From sequence record PX068454.1: a stretch of 64,000 nucleotides of DNA; one strand, given 5' to 3'. How positions within the stretch are numbered: position 1 is the stretch's first letter; the number at the start of each line of letters is the position of its first letter. The translations under genes and the position numbers were made by a program. The notes beneath the pieces are model-generated. The model was not told the origin of the DNA, did no database searches, and saw only the letters and a program-made list of their open reading frames with translations. Shown here in pieces: positions 1 through 8,569 of this stretch. The stretch comes from a phage.

Positions 1-788
1 TCCACGCAGATTGCAGGGTAATCGGTCAATGTCTCCAGGAACTTGGAGCGGTAAGGTTGGTGACCCATCACAACACGGCTCTCATCAGAACTGGTATAAC
101 CTTTCAGGATGGTCATTTTCCAGCCATCCTTCTCGTAATGATACTGTGCCTCAACCTTGTCACCTTCTAACATCTTACTGGTCATGGGATCGGTGACAGT
201 GAACGGAAATTTTGCATAGCGCAGGCATGATGCAATAGCGGTGCGATATTTCAGAACATGCTCTTTCTTAACATGAAACTGAACTTTTACCCCGTTGTGC
301 TCTTCAGTCTTCCGCTCACGGATCTTGGTGACATTTGGGATACCCTGGTCCAAGAACAATAGGTATGTGCTTTCCACACCGTTGTGCACACTGATTACAT
401 CGAAAGTGTCCACCATGCTGAACGGGGCCTTTGAACCAACACCTTTATTGCCTACCAGAGCGTTGCTGTTGCGCTTGGTCGACTCACCGAGGTTCATGAA
501 AGTGTTACGGACCATCTCTTCTGACATGCCTAATCCAACGTCCTGCACAAAGAAGTATGGTTCAAGGTCTGTAGGAGAGTGAATGATGATCGGTACATCA
601 CCTCGTCCAGACTCAACATGTGAGTCCACAGCATTGAAGATCGGTTCACGGCAGCTTGCCAGTACCTTATCTTCATAAATCCCTTTGATGATTAGCCCAA
701 AAGTCTCTTTGTTCAGAGAAATTGATCCCCTGGTTACCTCCATATTCCCAGTTAGCACCGCTTTAGTTTCATTGCTGTTTACAATCAT
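1..788 (-). CDS. rIIA: rIIA-like GHKL (Bergerat-fold) ATPase, N-terminal 262 codons only; 3' end lies beyond the window start
   Basis: Minus-strand frame open from ATG at 788-786 to position 1 (absent from ORF track because the stop is off-window); SD AAGGAG upstream; motifs REPIFNAVDS (N box), DVGLGMSEE (G1), GNKGVGSKAPFSMVDTF (G2) resemble T4 rIIA N-terminus as I recall it; start overlaps upstream stop (ATGA). Confidence 0.6.
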   Translation of the reverse strand, partial: MIVNSNETKAVLTGNMEVTRGSISLNKETFGLIIKGIYEDKVLASCREPIFNAVDSHVESGRGDVPIIIHSPTDLEPYFFVQDVGLGMSEEMVRNTFMNLGESTKRNSNALVGNKGVGSKAPFSMVDTFDVISVHNGVESTYLLFLDQGIPNVTKIRERKTEEHNGVKVQFHVKKEHVLKYRTAIASCLRYAKFPFTVTDPMTSKMLEGDKVEAQYHYEKDGWKMTILKGYTSSDESRVVMGHQPYRSKFLETLTDYPAICV

Positions 789-1285
789 TTATTGCGCTCC
801 TTGTAGTAGATATGGCTCCCGAATTGAGCTGTCCTCTGCATCTTTTTTGCCCATTTCGGTCGTACTTTTGTTGTATGGTAGTGTGTTGCTCCGCCTGTTA
901 TATCCATAGCCATGTATGCAACATGGTTGTTATTATAGACCTTTAGAAGCATCTTTGCAAGACTTTTAGCGTGATCCCATGAATCTTTTTCTGTCACCTT
1001 AAAAGTTTTGCCGTGGTTTGTCCACGAAAACTGGTTAGGTTGGTAGACAATCTTTCTTATAGTGTCTGGGTATTTGGGGTGAGATTTCCTGTTTAGTGTG
1101 GCAAATCCGGATGCCAGCATACCCATCGTGCCATCCCCTCTAGCCTCCCTGTAGATATTGCATGCTAGAATGTTTTCCTTAGTATCCGACGGCTTGCAAG
1201 TGTGATATACTTTTTGTTTTGGTGCTGCAACAACAGGCAGCGATAAAAATGCGCTCAAAATAATAGCAAAGATTTTAATTTTCAC
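785..1285 (-). CDS. SleB-type cell-wall hydrolase (Hydrolase_2-like) with N-terminal Sec signal peptide
   Basis: N-terminus MKIKIFAIILSAFLSLPVVAAP is signal-peptide-like; NIYREARGDG...QPNQFS...GGATHYHT...FGSHIYY matches SleB/CwlJ family motifs. Confidence 0.7.
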   Translation of the reverse strand: MKIKIFAIILSAFLSLPVVAAPKQKVYHTCKPSDTKENILACNIYREARGDGTMGMLASGFATLNRKSHPKYPDTIRKIVYQPNQFSWTNHGKTFKVTEKDSWDHAKSLAKMLLKVYNNNHVAYMAMDITGGATHYHTTKVRPKWAKKMQRTAQFGSHIYYKERNK

Positions 1286-1289
1286 AATA

Positions 1290-1321
1290 ACTCCAAATAG
1301 AAAATCCCCGCCGAAGCGGGG
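1290..1321 (-). terminator. rho-independent terminator, UUCG-tetraloop hairpin
   Basis: CCCCGCCGAAGCGGGG perfect hairpin followed on minus strand by T-rich tract; just downstream of stop of 1335..1715. Confidence 0.6.
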
Positions 1322-1334
1322 TGTGTCTTAGAAA

Positions 1335-1715
1335 TTAATCGTAGTGTGCCAAAATCTCTCCATCGTTGCAAGTCCCCTCTACGAAGTTGTGAAGATTCAT
1401 GCATTCATCTTGATAGAAGAATTTACCGCTTTTCAGCCGTAGACCAAACAACTCCGCATCTCCACGATGGCAAGCCTCTACAAGTTCATAGATTTCATAC
1501 GGTAATTCCCCATCGTCATGGAAGAACCCCGCTTTATCGTTGACATAGATGAAGAAATAGTCACTGCTGTCGCAAGCGTCCAGTATTTTAAACCAGATTT
1601 CATCCACATCTTTTTCTCGGATATCGATCACACAAGTGGAGCTGCATTCGTACTCCTTCTCCGGCTCCTCGGTCAATACCACCAAGTAGTTTCCCCGCTT
1701 ACCTACTTTAGCCAT
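1335..1715 (-). CDS. hypothetical protein
   Basis: 126-aa ORF, co-directional, followed by terminator. Confidence 0.55.
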   Translation of the reverse strand: MAKVGKRGNYLVVLTEEPEKEYECSSTCVIDIREKDVDEIWFKILDACDSSDYFFIYVNDKAGFFHDDGELPYEIYELVEACHRGDAELFGLRLKSGKFFYQDECMNLHNFVEGTCNDGEILAHYD

Positions 1716-1724
1716 ACAACCTCC

Positions 1725-2909
1725 TCAAGCTTTAGCTAAAATGGCGCTAAACTCTTCACCAAACTCTTTTACAATCTTCATCAGGTTTGGGTATGCTTTG
1801 ATCAGCTGAGCAACGATCTTGTCCCTGCCTTTACCAATAAGTAAGGCATTTCCTAAGGCGTTAGGTTTCATCATCGCCATAAAGACTGAGAATACAAAGT
1901 CTCGGTTCTCATCCTTGAAATTTTCCCAAAGGAAATCAAGGAAGTTTGCCACACAGCTGACGAGATCTTCGTCGGAGATACTTGCATTTTCCATCATATT
2001 ACGAATAGCGATACAACCTTCAGACCCCAGAATCCACAAGATGTCTGGCTGCTTAGGACCTACATATTCTTTGCAGCCTCCTGCCATAATCCGACCGATT
2101 TCTGGCAAGTTTCGTTTCTTGGTGTGGTAGGTCCAAATTTCTACCGCTGCAGTGTGACCAATGGCACCTTGTAGAAGGACACGGGCCATAGCGTCAGAAA
2201 TAATACCGCTGTCAAAATCGTGCAAGATGTCAGATGCAGCAACCCAAGAGCGCGGTGTAGCAAAAGATGGACAATTAATCTCAGCCATGGCCTCATAATT
2301 ATCGATGGCCGATGGGACTCTTTTCAGATATCCAATTACCGAGGAGTGCACCCCATTAAGGAATGCATAGTCCTCAATAAACACCTCTGCACTGCTTGTA
2401 ACTTCTACAATGATAAAGCGGTTAGCTAGAGGAGCTTCGAGTGCCGAAAGAACAGCACCGTCTGTAGCACGGTTACCTGCAGCTACAAAAACAGAGCCTT
2501 TAGGAAATGCATAGGTGCCGCACTTGTGGTCGAGCATAATTTGCATTGCAACCTTCTGCAGGTAGTTATCTGCATGAGTAAGCTCGTCTAGAAAGATAAT
2601 TCCGCTCCAGTCCGGATCTGCAGGCCAAAATTCTGGAATTGCAAACACTGTACGTGTAGTTCCATCTGCCTCCACAGGGATAGGCAGTCCAGATAAGTCA
2701 GCAGGATCTTTATCTGACAACCGCACGTCAACCAGGTTGTCATCTCGCTCACCGAACATATTATCAGCAATCTGCTTCATCACCTGGCTCTTCCCCACGC
2801 CCATCGGTCCTAAAATCAGGACAGATCGGTTATGACGCTGGGCAAATTGAACAATGGCTGGCAACTCGCGGACAGTGATTTGACCACTTTCGAATACGTT
2901 TCTCGACAT
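1725..2909 (-). CDS. MoxR-like AAA+ ATPase (AAA_5 type)
   Basis: Walker A GPMGVGKS, Walker B IIFLDELTHA, arginine-containing sensor region AAGNRATDG; 394 aa. Confidence 0.8.
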   Translation of the reverse strand: MSRNVFESGQITVRELPAIVQFAQRHNRSVLILGPMGVGKSQVMKQIADNMFGERDDNLVDVRLSDKDPADLSGLPIPVEADGTTRTVFAIPEFWPADPDWSGIIFLDELTHADNYLQKVAMQIMLDHKCGTYAFPKGSVFVAAGNRATDGAVLSALEAPLANRFIIVEVTSSAEVFIEDYAFLNGVHSSVIGYLKRVPSAIDNYEAMAEINCPSFATPRSWVAASDILHDFDSGIISDAMARVLLQGAIGHTAAVEIWTYHTKKRNLPEIGRIMAGGCKEYVGPKQPDILWILGSEGCIAIRNMMENASISDEDLVSCVANFLDFLWENFKDENRDFVFSVFMAMMKPNALGNALLIGKGRDKIVAQLIKAYPNLMKIVKEFGEEFSAILAKA

Positions 2910-3178
2910 TAGTAAAAGTCCTCTACTTGTGTGTAAGTGTTTTCAAAGTTTTCCAAAACAGACATCACATCGGATCTGTCAATATCATACGCAACTCTCC
3001 AGCCATATGCAACCCTTTCTGCTGTTGCCTCTTCTGGCGCTAGTCGTCTGCTGGCATAAAAGAGTGTTGGAGTACACTTTCTTGCTTGCCCTCTAACTTT
3101 CCCATAATAATATCTGTGAATATCTTTGTCAAAATTTAATTCTTTTTCTGCACGAAGTTCGTACTGCTGGTATAACAT
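2909..3178 (-). CDS. hypothetical protein
   Basis: 89-aa ORF abutting MoxR gene. Confidence 0.45.
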   Translation of the reverse strand: MLYQQYELRAEKELNFDKDIHRYYYGKVRGQARKCTPTLFYASRRLAPEEATAERVAYGWRVAYDIDRSDVMSVLENFENTYTQVEDFY

Positions 3179-3222
3179 CTCTACTGCTCCTTAAGCAGCA
3201 TCCTTGCTGCCATCCATACCCA

Positions 3223-3603
3223 CTAAAATGCAGTCCGAATCCAGACAAGGTTCTTATCCGCCCAATCATAGAGGCAAGTCATTGCACTATTGAATTGCTC
3301 ACACGGAGGATAATCTTCTTCCATCTTGCGCATAGCAGAGCCTTGTGGGTAAAGCTCCCGTGCTGCAAACCACGCGTCGTAGTCATCAACGGTATCGAAG
3401 TAGTATACAACATCCTCCAACTCAGGATCGAACTTTGAACTATCAGGATCCAGCTGTTCAGGGAACTTGGAGCGTAACTTGCCAGCCACAATACTTGCCA
3501 ACTCGCTAACATGCTTGTTGTCCCACTCTACCAGTTTCCCGTCTTCAGTTATGCGTCCTAACCACTGATCATGAAGGTCAACTGTTGTCTTCCACTGGGC
3601 CAT
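3223..3603 (-). CDS. hypothetical protein
   Basis: 126-aa ORF in minus-strand early operon. Confidence 0.55.
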   Translation of the reverse strand: MAQWKTTVDLHDQWLGRITEDGKLVEWDNKHVSELASIVAGKLRSKFPEQLDPDSSKFDPELEDVVYYFDTVDDYDAWFAARELYPQGSAMRKMEEDYPPCEQFNSAMTCLYDWADKNLVWIRTAF

Positions 3604-3605
3604 TA

Positions 3606-3857
3606 TCAGTCTACCTCTTCTTCTCGTTGCAGTTCAAGATACCCATAGGTCTGGATATCTTCAAGGGTGTGGAACTCTCCATCTGCTGCTAAGGCACGGA
3701 CAACCTGGCATAGAGTTTTATAAGGTACTTTCTCCAAACCCAGATTCAGCGCAGGAAAAAACTTATCTAAGTCAACAAAATATACAAACTGTAGCTCACC
3801 AGTTTCAAAAGGCGTATCTTCGATAAACATCTTCTCGGCATTAGTCAAGATCTGCAC
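3606..3857 (-). CDS. hypothetical protein
   Basis: 83-aa ORF, tight spacing to neighbours. Confidence 0.5.
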   Translation of the reverse strand: MQILTNAEKMFIEDTPFETGELQFVYFVDLDKFFPALNLGLEKVPYKTLCQVVRALAADGEFHTLEDIQTYGYLELQREEEVD

Positions 3858-3862
3858 TTTTA

Positions 3863-4219
3863 TTATTCTACCCCCTCTTCTTTTTCTTCAGCATTAGTTT
3901 CAGTGCTACCCCACTCTGGAGTTTCCACCTCGATAGTGAACTCACGCACTACACGGTAATTGCCCATGAAGCGCTCCACTTCTTCAAGGCTTATGGAGAG
4001 GCCATTGGCAACCAAATCTGCAGCACCCTTCTCTACCAGGTAGTCCAGATTGGCTTCCAAGGCTTCAGGCTCAAACCCTGTCAATGCAATCATATAACCT
4101 TCCCCTTCATCAAGGAGGGCAATACAGCCCAACTGATTTTCTTTAAAAAAGCAGTGACCATCACTATTGATTGGTTGCTCATTGCAGTAAATAGCTGCAC
4201 GATAAGTAACTTTAGACAT
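3863..4219 (-). CDS. hypothetical acidic protein
   Basis: 118-aa ORF, acidic C-terminus. Confidence 0.55.
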   Translation of the reverse strand: MSKVTYRAAIYCNEQPINSDGHCFFKENQLGCIALLDEGEGYMIALTGFEPEALEANLDYLVEKGAADLVANGLSISLEEVERFMGNYRVVREFTIEVETPEWGSTETNAEEKEEGVE

Positions 4220-4231
4220 TGGTAGGCCTCC

Positions 4232-4510
4232 TTAGGCAACTGTCATTTTACATTCTTGAAATTTTAGCACAAGACGGTGATTGTGTCTAGTGTCTAAAAA
4301 GATTTTTTCAACCATCAGGCACACGGTGTAACCGTCCATCTTGTTGACAACAAAATCCTCAGGGTGAGGGAGAATGTCCCCAGGATTGGGGAAACATAAC
4401 CCGCTCAAGAAGGCATCATCGGTGGTGGACCTGATGGATTTCCACACACTATCTGCCTGGACACTCTCACCAACATAATATACACTACCACATGCCTTCA
4501 TCATAGTCAA
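4232..4510 (-). CDS. hypothetical protein
   Basis: 92-aa ORF, overlaps upstream gene by 4 nt. Confidence 0.5.
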   Translation of the reverse strand: MTMMKACGSVYYVGESVQADSVWKSIRSTTDDAFLSGLCFPNPGDILPHPEDFVVNKMDGYTVCLMVEKIFLDTRHNHRLVLKFQECKMTVA

Positions 4511-5406
4511 ATCTCCGCGTAAATTAAACTGGAATCAGTATACTTCTTTAGTGGGTAAATATCCTGTCCATAGATGCCGTCATTAAACACCTCATCTACC
4601 CAAAGGCTACACTTATATCCCATCATCTCTAAAACACCCATCTCTTCTTCGGTAAACTTATCACCGCTCTTGCAAGATGTCAACACCTCATTCTGTACTC
4701 TTGCTACCTCGAAGCGATTATTGGCAATATCGCTATTAGCGATCAAATACTCACCCAAAGGGTGTGCGGCATTAAAGATGCACAGTGGACGGTTGACGTA
4801 ATAGTCTCCAGGTGTATAAAAATTATTGAGGTCTTTCACTAGAACATTCTTATCAGTCACTTCATTTATAACATCATGCATATCGCACATCTTTATATGT
4901 TTGAGGATTCCATCCCCCATCACAAAATAAAAACTTGCTGAAACACTTTCGGCATAGATCTTACTAGATCCGTTGTAGTTGTATTTTACTCGGATGCTAA
5001 CGGGGGTTTTTCCTGTCGCGTTAGCCATCATCCAAAGAAATGGCAGCTCATACTTCTCCTCTGAGGAAACAAAAGGTGAAGTAGCCAGAGATCGAAAACC
5101 TCCAGAGAAGTTGAAAGTTACAGAACCGCTCCGGCGGTATGATACTGCGTATTCTACTTTTATATCAACGTATCCGTTGGAGTAAGTATGCCCTCCATTA
5201 TCAAGGTATGTCCACTTATCAGACCCGGATACCAACCTCCGCTCAATTACCTTCATCACCATAGGAATTAGCGGATTAGTACAAACCGATCTTGAAGTAG
5301 CTTTATCATCCAAAGCCTCGTAAATTGCAGAAAGGATATCTCCAGCTGAAAGATTGGTTGTTATATCCTGTTGCCACCTGGTGCTAAAACTGTTAAGATT
5401 TGCCAT
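4507..5406 (-). CDS. hypothetical protein, first gene of minus-strand early operon
   Basis: 299-aa ORF; SD AGGAG 8 nt before ATG at 5406; promoter immediately upstream. Confidence 0.65.
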   Translation of the reverse strand: MANLNSFSTRWQQDITTNLSAGDILSAIYEALDDKATSRSVCTNPLIPMVMKVIERRLVSGSDKWTYLDNGGHTYSNGYVDIKVEYAVSYRRSGSVTFNFSGGFRSLATSPFVSSEEKYELPFLWMMANATGKTPVSIRVKYNYNGSSKIYAESVSASFYFVMGDGILKHIKMCDMHDVINEVTDKNVLVKDLNNFYTPGDYYVNRPLCIFNAAHPLGEYLIANSDIANNRFEVARVQNEVLTSCKSGDKFTEEEMGVLEMMGYKCSLWVDEVFNDGIYGQDIYPLKKYTDSSLIYAEI

Positions 5407-5445
5407 GAATAAGTGCTCCTATGTTAGTTTTCTTTCGAATGGGTG

Positions 5446-5475
5446 CACTATATCGGAGATTTAGAGTAAAGTCAA
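5446..5475 (-). promoter_or_regulatory. sigma70-like promoter (minus strand): TTGACT - 17 nt - TATAGT
   Basis: Read on minus strand: TTGACT ttactctaaatctccga TATAGT, about 40 nt upstream of ATG at 5406. Confidence 0.6.
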
Positions 5476-5488
5476 CACGTTTTTGAGG

Positions 5489-5517
5489 TTGACATCTCCC
5501 CAGGCTCTTGGTAAGAT
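5489..5517 (+). promoter_or_regulatory. sigma70-like promoter (plus strand): TTGACA - 17 nt - TAAGAT, A/T-rich upstream
   Basis: TTGACA at 5489-5494, TAAGAT at 5512-5517; -35 hexamers of the two divergent promoters form inverted repeat GTCAAC/GTTGAC 13 bp apart. Confidence 0.6.
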
Positions 5518-5548
5518 TTCTCCACCCACAGAGAACAAGAGACAACTC

Positions 5549-6538
5549 ATGAATCTTGAAAAATATTATACACCAGAAGAGTTAGAGCGCTTGCTCAAAA
5601 AATACAGACGCAAACAGAATAACGCACGGAAACGGGATATAGAGTTCAACCTGTCATGGGAAGAATATCTCCTATTTGGTAAAAAACTTTTAGGAGAGGG
5701 AGTATGCGACTATACCCTTATACCTTTCGACATGCACACAGATGAAAACGGACTGGGAAATCCTTTCTACCCATCTCTGGAGCGGATAGATGATGAAGGT
5801 CCTTATGCGGTTGATAATTGTTGTGTGGTGGGATTGAGATGCAACTCCCTAAAGGACTGCCTGGTAGATAAAAAGACCGCAGTCTTGATTAAAGACAAAA
5901 CTGATCGAAAAATTGTCCAGCAGATGATGCTCCACCTGAGCGAAGAGCGTATGGAGAAATTGAAAGGTGATTACACTTTTGAAGATTTCATCTTGCAATA
6001 TGGAACGGAAGAGGATAAACTGGCACTCTTTGACGAAGAATGGGAGGAAGATATGTCACCAATGCAGGATTTTAAAAACTTCATGGCTAATCGTGGAGCC
6101 AACAAGCACATTTCTGACATTGTAAACGAGCCTGTAGTAGAGGAGATTGAAGAGATGACGCAACAGGCTTACGAAGAGGAAAAAGAGCCTCAAGGGGTCG
6201 AAGAAGAGCTTACAGAAGAGGTTCCTGCACTGCCTGACGATGTTGAGATTGCCAAAGCTTACACTTTCTATTGCCAGACGTTCTACGATGCAGGTATGAA
6301 AGTTGATCTGTCCTTCAGCCAGTTTAAGAGCACATACATTCGAAAATGTTGTGCTTTAACTGGTGAGCGTCTCGGGGCCGGACTTAAACCACTATTAGTT
6401 ACCGACTGGAACAAAGGTTTCACCAAAGGTAACTTCATGGTAGTATCTCCAATCATGGAAAAGGCTATGACAGACCTTATGAAGACCACTCGCATGACAA
6501 TGACCGAGTTGGCTGGTATTTTCAAGCACGTTAAATAA
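5549..6538 (+). CDS. early protein with internal duplication and central acidic linker; function unknown
   Basis: ORF-track start 5483 lies upstream of the promoter -35, so start moved to in-frame ATG 5549; N-terminal segment (FNLSWEEY...GEGVCDY...) and C-terminal segment (DLSFSQF...CCALTGERLG...) look like repeats flanking an E/D-rich linker. Confidence 0.55.
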   Translation: MNLEKYYTPEELERLLKKYRRKQNNARKRDIEFNLSWEEYLLFGKKLLGEGVCDYTLIPFDMHTDENGLGNPFYPSLERIDDEGPYAVDNCCVVGLRCNSLKDCLVDKKTAVLIKDKTDRKIVQQMMLHLSEERMEKLKGDYTFEDFILQYGTEEDKLALFDEEWEEDMSPMQDFKNFMANRGANKHISDIVNEPVVEEIEEMTQQAYEEEKEPQGVEEELTEEVPALPDDVEIAKAYTFYCQTFYDAGMKVDLSFSQFKSTYIRKCCALTGERLGAGLKPLLVTDWNKGFTKGNFMVVSPIMEKAMTDLMKTTRMTMTELAGIFKHVK

Positions 6539-6542
6539 TGAC

Positions 6543-6568
6543 AGGGGCCATTGGCCCCTTCTGGAGTT
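6543..6568 (+). terminator. intergenic hairpin AGGGGCCATTGGCCCCT, attenuator or terminator-like
   Basis: Perfect 7-bp GC stem between 5549..6538 and next gene; near-identical palindrome recurs at 12562. Confidence 0.35.
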
Positions 6569-6571
6569 TTA

Positions 6572-8032
6572 ATGGATAGCAGAAGTTCAGAAATCATTAC
6601 CGCACAAAAAGATGATGCCTTGCGAATGCTGCAGGCCGCTCGCATGTACCTTCTTGAAAAGCTGCCGTTTTATGGCACACTGTTGTCAGGGTTGCAGTTC
6701 GTAGAAAACCACACATGGTGCTCCACTATGGCAACAGACCATAAACGCATCTACTACAGCCCTGAGTTCATTATGGGGTTGGCAGATGAGCGTAAAACCA
6801 TTCTTAAAGCATCTCTGACTGACAAGCAGTTTGAGATGGCTGAGGTTTTCTATTCCCCAAAATCTGTGAAAGAGGTGGCCTTTCTTCTGTCACATGAGGT
6901 GGGGCATATTATCTGTGATCATCTGGTCCGTGGTAAAAGCTTTGAGCCGGAACTGTTCAATATTGCTTGTGATCACGTTATCAACACAGGTCTTGTGGTT
7001 GACTTTAGCAAGCCTCCTTGTGTTTTCTTCCCGAAGGGGAAAAGCACTGAGTTCGTAAAAGGTAAGCCTTTTGGCTTCTTAGCTAGTTGCTACTGTGACA
7101 TGAAGTTTCATGGATGGATTGCTGAGAACGTCTATGCAGTTCTTGATAAACAAAGAGATCAGAATGGCGGTAAAAGTAAGAACGGTAAAGGTGAGAACTC
7201 CCAAGGAGATAAACGACAAACCGATGATCACATGAGGGGGAACGGTGGCACCAGTGATGATCTTGGAAAGGCTATGGGGTATGATCAGCCGCAACCAGTA
7301 ATCAGTCAATCTGATAAAGATCAGGCCATGCAGGACTCTGGTGACATGTTGGAAGCAGCAATGCAAGCTTCAGGAGGTCGTTGCCCTGAGGCGGTGCGCG
7401 AGTTTGTCAAAAACAAAGGCAAGCCTGTAATCAACTATATAGATATTATTAAGCAACGTATGTTGTCTAAACGAAAGGCCGAGCTAACCTACAGAAAACC
7501 TGGTCGCCGATCTGGGTCTTTGACCACCACAATGCGAAAAGTTGGAGCTATAAACAAGAATCAACACGTTATTGTTCCTGGTCGTAATCCGGAAAACACC
7601 ATAGATATTGTAGTGGCTTTGGACGTTTCTGGATCGATCTCGCAAAGAACTTTAAAGAAAATGTTCAATGAGATCACCGGGTTGTGCAATTTGTATAAAG
7701 AGTTTAAGGTTACGATGTTCTGTTGGTCAACCGAGGTTGGAGAGGTTAAAGTATACACTCGCGGTAACATCGATGAGATGATCAACTATGAGGTCCACTC
7801 AACATGGGGCACAACAGCCGCCTGCGTGTTCGAGTATCTGGATGCTAACATACCGAATGCAAAAGATGTCATCGTCCTTACCGACCTCTACTTTGAGCAT
7901 AACTTTGAACAAAAGGCTGTTGACAACAAGTGGAAAAAGTACGATACTTTATGGGTTCTCACCGAAGGGTATAATAAAAATTATATCCCGAGCTTTGGGA
8001 AAACTGTGGAATTAATCGAGTATGCTAAGTAA
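6572..8032 (+). CDS. VWA-domain protein with N-terminal HExxH metallopeptidase-like domain (DUF2201-type architecture)
   Basis: HEVGHIICDH zinc-binding-like motif in N-terminal half; MIDAS motif VALDVSGSIS in C-terminal half; start taken at ATG 6572 (SD GGAG) rather than 6551 inside hairpin. Confidence 0.7.
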   Translation: MDSRSSEIITAQKDDALRMLQAARMYLLEKLPFYGTLLSGLQFVENHTWCSTMATDHKRIYYSPEFIMGLADERKTILKASLTDKQFEMAEVFYSPKSVKEVAFLLSHEVGHIICDHLVRGKSFEPELFNIACDHVINTGLVVDFSKPPCVFFPKGKSTEFVKGKPFGFLASCYCDMKFHGWIAENVYAVLDKQRDQNGGKSKNGKGENSQGDKRQTDDHMRGNGGTSDDLGKAMGYDQPQPVISQSDKDQAMQDSGDMLEAAMQASGGRCPEAVREFVKNKGKPVINYIDIIKQRMLSKRKAELTYRKPGRRSGSLTTTMRKVGAINKNQHVIVPGRNPENTIDIVVALDVSGSISQRTLKKMFNEITGLCNLYKEFKVTMFCWSTEVGEVKVYTRGNIDEMINYEVHSTWGTTAACVFEYLDANIPNAKDVIVLTDLYFEHNFEQKAVDNKWKKYDTLWVLTEGYNKNYIPSFGKTVELIEYAK

Positions 8033-8047
8033 GAGAGGATAGTATTT

Positions 8048-8305
8048 ATGGCAACAGAGGTAGTAATTAAAGCTGAACGCCCAGTTAAAAAAGCTATCAA
8101 CACGTTCCCTGTAGGAACCATTGTGAGCATGATTACAGAGTCAGGCCGTGTATCTACACTGCTAATCGTGAAATCTGCATGCTCATCTTGTGTGTGGGCA
8201 TACGATCTTGACGAGAAAGAACTGAAAGATTTTGTCGGGGAGCTGAAAGCAACAGAGCTTGACGCTCGTATCGAAGTATTTGGTGAAACTATGGAGGAAG
8301 AGTAA
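8048..8305 (+). CDS. small early protein, tandem paralogue 1
   Basis: 85-aa ORF; sequence pattern shared with next two ORFs. Confidence 0.5.
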   Translation: MATEVVIKAERPVKKAINTFPVGTIVSMITESGRVSTLLIVKSACSSCVWAYDLDEKELKDFVGELKATELDARIEVFGETMEEE

Positions 8306-8568
8306 TGACTACAAAAATCACCATTGCAGAACCAAAAGCTAACACGCAACCTATCGAAAAGTTTAAATGCGGTGAGGTGGTAACATTCACACCAGATAAT
8401 GAAGATGCCAAGATTTTTGCCATGGTTACAGCCGAGTGGATGTGTGACAATACCACACAGGTGCTGCGTTTTGACACCTATCTTACAGATGAAATCAGGA
8501 ACGACAAGATCGTGACTGGTGTGGATACTGAGATTATTTTCTACAAGAGCTTTTTAGAGGGTTTCTGA
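8305..8568 (+). CDS. small early protein, tandem paralogue 2
   Basis: 87-aa ORF; TAATG overlap with previous gene. Confidence 0.5.
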   Translation: MTTKITIAEPKANTQPIEKFKCGEVVTFTPDNEDAKIFAMVTAEWMCDNTTQVLRFDTYLTDEIRNDKIVTGVDTEIIFYKSFLEGF

Positions 8569-8569
8569 T

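Noticed and set aside
11-909. Plus-strand ORFs 11..196, 295..582 and 685..909 from the ORF track
   Set aside because: They lie antisense to the open rIIA-like frame and the SleB-like gene, have no ribosome-binding sites and translate to low-complexity sequence.
5483-6571. Longer N-terminal versions of the two early genes (track starts 5483 and 6551)
   Set aside because: 5483 lies upstream of the promoter -35 and 6551 lies inside a GC hairpin; downstream in-frame ATGs at 5549 and 6572 have better context. Likewise 61063 was replaced by 61006 (SD GGAGGA) and 51607 by 51550.
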